A stretch of 64,000 nucleotides of DNA from Bacteroidota bacterium (GTDB taxonomy: Bacteria; Bacteroidota; Bacteroidia; NS11-12g; UBA955): contig JAGXTF010000118.1 of assembly GCA_018333525.1 (NCBI GenBank), positions 53,064 through 117,063 on the forward strand, in the 5' to 3' direction. This document shows, in pieces, positions 57,230 to 64,000 of the stretch. The translations under genes were made by a program, and so were the position numbers. Position 1 is the stretch's first letter. Each line of letters starts with the position of its first letter. The notes below the pieces were generated by a model. It was not told the origin of the DNA, searched no databases, and saw only the letters and a program-made list of their open reading frames with translations.

Positions 57230-59794
57230 TTAACCAAATAATGTATTAAGTTGTGATTCTGCCTCTCTAGTTGATTCCAAAGATTTTTCAAGTTCTTCAA
57301 TTGAATTGATAACGTTTTGTCCAATTTTTTTTATTAAAGATTTGTTTTTAGGCACAGGAATTGGGATTTCGGCAATAACATCAGGCTCTAAATGCTCTTG
57401 GTTTGTGCCATACGCAGATTTCAACATTAGACTTTGACCTATTTCTGATTTTAAAAATTGATAGATATATCCACGCAAGAAAAGGTTGTCAACCACAATT
57501 CTTATTAAATTATTAGTGGCAATATGTCCGTTATGCTGTTTTAAAGCGTAAGCCACCCGGCCAAGGGTTCCAGAATCAGAAACAAGAATATAACCATGAT
57601 AAATAGTAAGGGCTTCTAAATGTTTTTTGGTTTGTTTATCAGCTTTAGAACTATCGAGGTATTTGATATTTTCCGTATTTAACTGTGTAATTGCAGTTCC
57701 TGTGAAATATTTCCGGATTGTCGGTCCTTCTGTAATACCTAATTCAGCATAGGGTCGTTTAAATCTTGGCCCATTATAAACTCTTGTTATATCACCTAGA
57801 CGGTGAATTTCGAATTCTTCATTGTCACCTAGGGCCAATACTTTTTGAAAAGCGGCGTTGTGCTTTGGTAAATAACGTATGGGATTTAAAGAATAATCAG
57901 ACTTGTCAAGTTCTGATAGCTTAATTGAAAACCGAAAAGCACTTTCAGTTAAATTTCCTTCGAGAAATTTATGATAATCCAAAGCAATGTCGGTAAGATC
58001 TTCATCTAAAATATAGCTACCTTTTTTAATTATTGGGCTACCTTCTGAATCTCTTTTAAAAATGGCTTCCCCTCTACTCGTCTGTCCGACCTTGTTTGAT
58101 ATCGCAAGGAAAATCTTGTAATCTTTAGGAAGCCTCTCCGCTGGTTTTTCTATGAATATGACCGAAGCCTTTGAGCCACAAAAAGGTTGGAAAGTATCCT
58201 CATGTAGGTTTACAACACCAAGTATTCGAGTATTTGCGAGTATATATCTTCTAATTGCGATAGCTTCTCTATTGTCGAGTTGGCCTTTTGCCATAACTAT
58301 ACCAAGCTTACCACCAGGTTTTAGCCATTGGATTGATTTTTCAAGAAAGAGAATTTCCGGAGCAACACCTTGTTTAGAGTTTGTCCTATTTTCATATATA
58401 ATTTCGTTCTTCTCATTTATATTCCAAACCATTCCAGATTTATATTGTCCTAATATTTTACCCTCCTTAATTCTAATATCATGTCCTGACCCAAATGGTG
58501 GATTAGTTAAGATGATAGTTGCTTTTCCTATTCCAGCTTTGTCCTGAAAGTTTGCAGAAAATTTAGAAATATCATCTAAACTATTAGCCTGTTCAATTCC
58601 ACCATGTCCGTCTTTTCCTATAAGCATGTTTGCCTTCGCAATTTTTGTCAACTTCGGAGAAATATCTGAACCGTAAATTTGGTGAACAAGATTTCTCTTG
58701 AGAATTTCTTTAGCACTTACAGTTCGTTTTGATGAATCAATTTTCTTAAACAAATAGTTCATTGAACTAACCAAAAAGCCTCCTGAACCGCATGCGGGAT
58801 CTAAAATTAAGTCTTTTTCGGTCGGGTCGATAATTTTTACCATCATGTCAACAACCAAACGATTTGTAAAAAATTGCCCCCTTTCGCCTTTTAGGTGAGA
58901 AGCTACATAAACCTCATAAGCTGTCCCAATTACATCATAGGGTGCATCAAGGAATGAATATTGTTGCAAGTAGGAAACTACTATTGCTAACTGAGAATCG
59001 GATGCAGTAATTTCTTCATGTTTATTAAAAACGTCTGGGTACCTATCCTTTACCGCATCGAAAAGGTTCCTTACTCTAAGACACGCGACTTTTCTCAGCT
59101 TTTCAGTATGGAATTCGTCAGGGGTAATATGAAATTCACATTTATCTGCCGCACTTGATTCGTCTTCAATTTTGGCCAATATTACTCTTACCATGTCAAG
59201 TGCGACATCTTCCGAATCTATTCCAGATCGATAAATCGCATTATGGCATCTTTGAAATGCAAGCTTTAAATCAACCGGAGAAATCAAATCAGATTTACTG
59301 AATTTACCAATACTATCCCAAGCGAGTCCATATTTTGGCACCCCTAACCAATTTAGGATTTCGTTTTTCTTATTGTCTTTGCGATAAAACTCTATATTTC
59401 CCCCATTTGTCCAAAAACCTCCTTGTGCTGAACAAGCTGAGATATAGGACACCAATTGTCCATCTTGAGATTTGATGTTTGGGGCTTTTATTTCTCCAAC
59501 AAGGATTATTTTTCCTTGTTCGTTTTCCGCGTTGGCTCTTTTGTTTTCATAAACAATAATATCAGCTCTCTTTCGTTCACGACCAATATTGATAGTGCGC
59601 TCAAATCCAATTAGCTCTTTTGGATAACCTAGTTCACGATGAAGTATGTGAGCTGTCTTTTGCCTAATTCTTTCTTCAGGTTTGTTTTCTCTTTTGGTTT
59701 CAGGGTCCAGATAGTCAATTATTTTTCCTTGTCCATCAAGTGCAACCTGATATTCCTGCGCCTCAAGCCATTTGTCTAATTCGCTCTTCGCCAT
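57230..59794 (-). CDS. Fused restriction-modification enzyme (HsdR-N-like nuclease, N6-adenine MTase, TRD; type IIG-like)
   Basis: PEERIRQ, RADIIVY..GEIK, GQFFT, DPACGSGGF, NPPF, C-terminal HsdS-like SGTLG...IPIPVP. Confidence 0.88.
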   Translation of the reverse strand: MAKSELDKWLEAQEYQVALDGQGKIIDYLDPETKRENKPEERIRQKTAHILHRELGYPKELIGFERTINIGRERKRADIIVYENKRANAENEQGKIILVGEIKAPNIKSQDGQLVSYISACSAQGGFWTNGGNIEFYRKDNKKNEILNWLGVPKYGLAWDSIGKFSKSDLISPVDLKLAFQRCHNAIYRSGIDSEDVALDMVRVILAKIEDESSAADKCEFHITPDEFHTEKLRKVACLRVRNLFDAVKDRYPDVFNKHEEITASDSQLAIVVSYLQQYSFLDAPYDVIGTAYEVYVASHLKGERGQFFTNRLVVDMMVKIIDPTEKDLILDPACGSGGFLVSSMNYLFKKIDSSKRTVSAKEILKRNLVHQIYGSDISPKLTKIAKANMLIGKDGHGGIEQANSLDDISKFSANFQDKAGIGKATIILTNPPFGSGHDIRIKEGKILGQYKSGMVWNINEKNEIIYENRTNSKQGVAPEILFLEKSIQWLKPGGKLGIVMAKGQLDNREAIAIRRYILANTRILGVVNLHEDTFQPFCGSKASVIFIEKPAERLPKDYKIFLAISNKVGQTSRGEAIFKRDSEGSPIIKKGSYILDEDLTDIALDYHKFLEGNLTESAFRFSIKLSELDKSDYSLNPIRYLPKHNAAFQKVLALGDNEEFEIHRLGDITRVYNGPRFKRPYAELGITEGPTIRKYFTGTAITQLNTENIKYLDSSKADKQTKKHLEALTIYHGYILVSDSGTLGRVAYALKQHNGHIATNNLIRIVVDNLFLRGYIYQFLKSEIGQSLMLKSAYGTNQEHLEPDVIAEIPIPVPKNKSLIKKIGQNVINSIEELEKSLESTREAESQLNTLFG

Positions 59795-60010
59795 TTATTT
59801 GAATTCCTTCGAGCCTGTAAAAGTAATTTTAAGTTTTTACAATTTTACAACCCACTTTTTTGAGTTGCTCAGGTTTATCTACCAGAATGGCATCCACACG
59901 CATTTTTAAGGGAATGGCACTCCTGAATATCCGTTTGCGAAGTTAGCATTTTGATTTAGGAGGGCTGAATTGTGCATTTAAGGAGCGTCTAAAAGTATCT
60001 GTAATCTAGC

Positions 60011-60271
60011 TTATTCAAGAAAAAGGTTGATTTTTACTTGGTAACGTAAATCAGGTAAACACCGGCCATTCTCCCAGTTTGTAATCGTATCCTCGGTGAC
60101 CCCAAGAGTGGCGGCGACATCTTTTTGAAGAAGTCCACGGTCCATTCGGACCTTTCTAATCTTCTGACCTAAGGTCTTAGGATTTGCGGGATAACCAGGG
60201 ATTGGGCGTTTTTGGGCCTTTAGGTCGATATTGCAAATAGTCAACGCAACTGTGACGCCAAGCTTATGCAT
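60011..60271 (-). CDS. XRE-family HTH domain; probably the detached C-terminus of the integrase
   Basis: TLGQKIRKVRMDRGLLQKDVA..LGV...TITNWENG...P; ORF crosses the right att site in the integrase's codon phase. Confidence 0.8.
   Translation of the reverse strand: MHKLGVTVALTICNIDLKAQKRPIPGYPANPKTLGQKIRKVRMDRGLLQKDVAATLGVTEDTITNWENGRCLPDLRYQVKINLFLE
60230..60254 (+). other. Right-end att half-site (element arm plus central TG 60253-60254)
   Basis: ATTGCAAATAGTCAACGCAAC-TG-TG; 15/21 inverted identity to 26474-26494, same 2-bp spacing from the central TG. Confidence 0.75.
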
Positions 60272-60422
60272 TTAGCCTAAATCGTGAACTTGAAAATTGT
60301 TTAAACGAATAAATTAAAGAAATGATTAGGAAAATCCTCTTAGTGGAAGTTAGAAAAATAGGCATTTTCCAAGCCAAGTCATTTCATCGTTTTTTCGAGA
60401 TACTTTTGAAATAAAGAGTAAT

Positions 60423-61286
60423 TTATTTTAAAACGATAAACTCACCATTCGTAATTACACCTTTAGAATTCATTACCGAATAAAGATATAATCCATTGCC
60501 CAAGTCCTTGCAGTCAATATCACAATTTAATTCAAATTGTGTTATGCTACAAATGGTGCCATTTGGTTCAAAAATTGTAAGAGTATTCATAATTCCGCTG
60601 TTAACAGCAAAATGAACTATTCCAGATGTTGGATTTGGATAGCAGGTAACAAGCGGAGAATTTTGATATGTCTGAGTTCCCATTGCATTATCAGACATTT
60701 CCAAATCATCTATGACCAATCGACTTCCAAAATGTGCAACATTCTTATCAGTTTCAGTCACAAAGTTTAGTTCCAAAGTTGTTGGTGCTTCAATCTTAAG
60801 GTAGTTCAATACAACAAAAATCTTGGTATACACATTTTGTATTGGCAAATAAATCCATTGATCAATAATTGTGTTGCCGGTAATGTCATTGGTGCACCAA
60901 ATATGTGCCGCCGCGGTGTCATTGCTTACTGAATTAAACTTATACCAGAAACTAAAATATTTCGGTGTTTCTTTAAAAGGAATGCCTGAAGCAAAATAAG
61001 AGCTGTCAGAGGTCATTACATGTGCAGATCCTAGTTGAATTCCACTGCAGTCGGCATTTCTTAATTCAAGGGCAAAATTGCCACTATGAGCATCTTTACT
61101 TGTGAAGTAAAAGGCACTATCCAGTTTACAATATTGGGAAGAATCCGTGTAAGGTAATGGAGTTATACTACCCCAAAACTTAGGGTTTCCATCGCTTCTT
61201 AAAGACTCAAAGCCAGGATTTAGAATTTGAGCAGAGCCAAATTCTGCAATTGTGAAGCTTAACAGAATTAAAATTAATTTTTTCAT
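60423..61286 (-). CDS. T9SS-secreted protein with carbohydrate-binding-like domain
   Basis: Signal peptide, ILNPGFE, AHSG..ALEL, SFWYKF, IDDL; CYPNP...GLYLY CTD. Confidence 0.8.
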   Translation of the reverse strand: MKKLILILLSFTIAEFGSAQILNPGFESLRSDGNPKFWGSITPLPYTDSSQYCKLDSAFYFTSKDAHSGNFALELRNADCSGIQLGSAHVMTSDSSYFASGIPFKETPKYFSFWYKFNSVSNDTAAAHIWCTNDITGNTIIDQWIYLPIQNVYTKIFVVLNYLKIEAPTTLELNFVTETDKNVAHFGSRLVIDDLEMSDNAMGTQTYQNSPLVTCYPNPTSGIVHFAVNSGIMNTLTIFEPNGTICSITQFELNCDIDCKDLGNGLYLYSVMNSKGVITNGEFIVLK

Positions 61287-61479
61287 AATGCAATTAATCT
61301 TTTATTAGATTCAGGTTAGCCATAAATACGTCAATTAAATACCCCAGTACCCATACATGTAATAACACGGATATGGTCGTCATCATAATATGACAATTTG
61401 ATTGCAACTGCTTGACTATATTTTTACAAATGTTCTGCTTTCTCTTGTTCAAGGCAATGCATATTTGAAACCTAATTTG

Positions 61480-61857
61480 ATGGCAGAAACATTAGAATAT
61501 ATTGGTCATTCCAGATTGGAAAATCAAAGTTTAAGAAATATTCTTTCGGAATTGAATTTCAATTTGTTATTAGAGATGAGTTATAAATCCATTGACGATC
61601 TTACAGAATCCGATTTTGAATCCATCGGTCTGTTGCGCCTTGTGCAGGTTGAGGGCTATTATTATGCCTGCAAGGATTTTTCTGGAAATACCAGATATTT
61701 TGTACGCGAAAGGAACCAGATGTGTTTTCAATGCCCAGCATCGGGTAAACCAAGACTCATATATTCAACTCGAGAGCTGATACTTGATGTAGTCCTAAAC
61801 TGGAGATTAAAAGGTCTTGGTTTATATATAGAAATGATGGAAAGAGGTTCTGATTAA
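61480..61857 (+). CDS. Hypothetical protein
   Basis: ORF with likely ATG at 61480. Confidence 0.5.
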   Translation: MAETLEYIGHSRLENQSLRNILSELNFNLLLEMSYKSIDDLTESDFESIGLLRLVQVEGYYYACKDFSGNTRYFVRERNQMCFQCPASGKPRLIYSTRELILDVVLNWRLKGLGLYIEMMERGSD

Positions 61858-61914
61858 CCATCTTCAAAGTACTATTTAAAATTGTCAATAGTGCTTTTGA
61901 AAAGATAAATTGAT

Positions 61915-62328
61915 TTAAGGACGCATCATATTCAAATTTTGTAACAATGCATCAAGTTTTTCCAAACTCAATGGTTTGGAAATAAATTCAACTATACTTG
62001 GATTGTCCTTGGCGCGATCTTCGTCGCGACTATCAATGGACGAAGAAAGCATATAAATTCTTATACTTTGTTTGGCTGTGTCCGGAAGTGCATCGAAACC
62101 CCTAAGAAAATCCCATCCTGACATGCCTGGCATATTCACATCGAGAAAAAGTATTGTTTTTTCATTTGGATTAGTAATTATGAATTCATTTATTAGAAAA
62201 TCAAGCGCCAGCCTTGGTTGGCTAAAGGGTACTACAGTTGCTTCAGGAAGAAGTCTACGAATGATAATTTTGGAGACTAACAAAAAGCCTTCATCATCAT
62301 CAATAAGGATAATTCTATGTATACTCAT
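61915..62328 (-). CDS. Single-domain response regulator
   Basis: LIDDD, FLDVNMPGMSGWDFL, MLSSS, SKPL. Confidence 0.93.
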   Translation of the reverse strand: MSIHRIILIDDDEGFLLVSKIIIRRLLPEATVVPFSQPRLALDFLINEFIITNPNEKTILFLDVNMPGMSGWDFLRGFDALPDTAKQSIRIYMLSSSIDSRDEDRAKDNPSIVEFISKPLSLEKLDALLQNLNMMRP

Positions 62329-64000
62329 TAATCATTAAGATAGATTTTAAAAGTTGTTCCAACACCAATTTCACTTTCTACTTCAATCTTTCCACCAAGG
62401 GATGTTACTTGGGATTTTGTCATAAATAATCCCACTCCTTTACCTTCATGAGTGGAATGAAATCTTTTGTATAGTCCGAATAATTGACCATTTAGGGCAT
62501 CCATATCCATACCTAGACCATTGTCGGTAAATGTCAATAATAACCCATCACGAGTTTTTGTTCCAAGTATATTAATTTCTGGAATCCTATTGGGATTGTG
62601 ATACTTTATGCTATTGGATATTAAGTTGTAGAAGATGCTGTGTATATAACTTCGGATAGAAGTGATATTTTGTACTTCGATAAAATTATATGTGAGTCGT
62701 ACCTTGTTTTTTTCAAACAATTCCGAAATGCTACTGCGTATATCTTCAACTAAATCTTCCAATATTATTGGTTCTTTCCTATCTTGTAACTGTCGTTTTA
62801 CATGAAGAATTTGGTTCAGATCCTGAATAACACTATCAAGTCTGGTTGTAGATGTGTTTATCTCTTTTAAAATTGTTATGCGCTCTTCAGTTGTCAAATC
62901 ATCAAATAACAACAGTGAATCTGAATAGGCCATTAAATTGGCAACAGGTGAGCGCAGATTATGAGAAACAATAAAAGCAAATTGTTCTAAGTCATTTTTT
63001 TGGGCTATTAAGTCATTTGTGATTTTTTCCCTTTCGATTTCAGCTTGCTTACTTTGAGTCATATTTGTCATAGCGCCAACCATCCTTACTGGAGTGTCAT
63101 CCTCTCGTAAAATATATCCCTTATCATGTATGAAAGCGAGATCTCCATTTTTCATTATAATTCTGTATTCAGATTCCCAGAAAATACTTTTTTCATTTTC
63201 AAGAGCATTTGATATTTCTCTTTTTACACGTTCCTTATCATCTTGATGTATTAAGGTAATCCAAGAATCAATGTGTTGAAATTCAGCTTGTGAATAACCA
63301 GTTAGATCATAAAAGTTGTCAGAACGAAATAAACTATCCGAGATAACATCCCAGTCCCAGATAACATCGTTAGTTGCTTTCATCACTAGTTCATATCGCT
63401 CATTGTTAAGTCTTATCGACTCTTCAATTCGTTTTCTCTCTGAAATATTGATTGCGCCGATACTTAATCCAGTGACCACTCCATATTCTGTAACAATCGG
63501 ATGCATGCTAACCTGGAGCCAGGTATCCCCGTGTTTTTGACTATAATATAGGACTTCGTATCTTAATGCATTCCTTTGTGATAGAACTTGACCAATCTTT
63601 ATTTCGACCTCCTCGCGCCTTGTTCCATGCATAAGTTCAACATAATTCAGCCCGGGTTTAAGATTAGTTTGAAACTGATCAAGTGCTAATTGCATTGCCA
63701 AATTATTATAAGCAACGATTTGTGCATTACGATCAAGCAAAACATAGGCAGTATCCGAATTTTCAAGTATATTTCTAAAGTGAGCCTTTGTTTCCGCCAA
63801 ACGCAATTCAGCATATTTACGCGAGGTAATATCTTGAACTGTCCCAACTAATCTGGCTGGTTTGCTATTATCGTCTCCTAGCTCCAAACCCCAAGCGCTA
63901 TCTATCCAACGAACTTGAGAGTCTTGCAGCACAATACGATAATCGATTGAGTTTCTCTGCCCTGGGTTATTAAAAGTTTGGTAAATTGCTCTAATAACTG
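62328..64000 (-). CDS. Multi-PAS sensor histidine kinase (5'-partial)
   Basis: PAS/PAC repeats, SHNLRSP H-box, NLISNSIKY, DNGLG, GKGVGL; frame open to the window end. Confidence 0.93.
   Translation of the reverse strand, partial: VIRAIYQTFNNPGQRNSIDYRIVLQDSQVRWIDSAWGLELGDDNSKPARLVGTVQDITSRKYAELRLAETKAHFRNILENSDTAYVLLDRNAQIVAYNNLAMQLALDQFQTNLKPGLNYVELMHGTRREEVEIKIGQVLSQRNALRYEVLYYSQKHGDTWLQVSMHPIVTEYGVVTGLSIGAINISERKRIEESIRLNNERYELVMKATNDVIWDWDVISDSLFRSDNFYDLTGYSQAEFQHIDSWITLIHQDDKERVKREISNALENEKSIFWESEYRIIMKNGDLAFIHDKGYILREDDTPVRMVGAMTNMTQSKQAEIEREKITNDLIAQKNDLEQFAFIVSHNLRSPVANLMAYSDSLLLFDDLTTEERITILKEINTSTTRLDSVIQDLNQILHVKRQLQDRKEPIILEDLVEDIRSSISELFEKNKVRLTYNFIEVQNITSIRSYIHSIFYNLISNSIKYHNPNRIPEINILGTKTRDGLLLTFTDNGLGMDMDALNGQLFGLYKRFHSTHEGKGVGLFMTKSQVTSLGGKIEVESEIGVGTTFKIYLND

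Larger units (their letters stand above)
26472..60254. mobile_element. comM-integrated serine-integrase element, about 33.8 kb
   Basis: Broken comM, terminal integrase, symmetric att half-sites at both ends, accessory and transfer-like cargo, visibly more AT-rich cargo genes. Confidence 0.8.

Noticed and set aside
1-64000. CRISPR arrays, tRNA/rRNA genes, reverse transcriptases or DGR repeats, and the many short antisense ORFs in the track
   Set aside because: None of these elements were seen by eye; the short ORFs overlap well-supported genes and lack motifs.

Overview
Bacteroidota-type chromosome, judged from T9SS C-terminal domains, gldH, a porG-like/uppS/bamA cluster and TAnnTTTG promoter boxes. 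Bases 1-26.4 kb are mostly ordinary core genes. At 26,470 the comM/yifB gene is cut at its MNPC(PCG) motif by an integrative element whose large serine integrase sits at the left end. A matching inverted attP half-site lies at 60,230-60,254, which gives an element of about 33.8 kb. The main observation comes from rejoining the two ends at the shared central TG: the integrase fuses in frame to the XRE-HTH ORF at the far end (573 aa in the circle). In the integrated state the integrase instead ends in an 8-aa tail read from the comM antisense strand. Cargo includes a module with two VirD4-like ATPases but no recognisable relaxase or mating-pore genes, a second serine recombinase behind a structured leader, two nucleoid-associated-protein/membrane-protein cassettes (defence candidates), a PIN protein, a fused restriction-modification enzyme and T9SS-secreted proteins. 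The comM 3' half does not follow the right end within this window. All product calls come from motif recognition by eye; no database searches were run.
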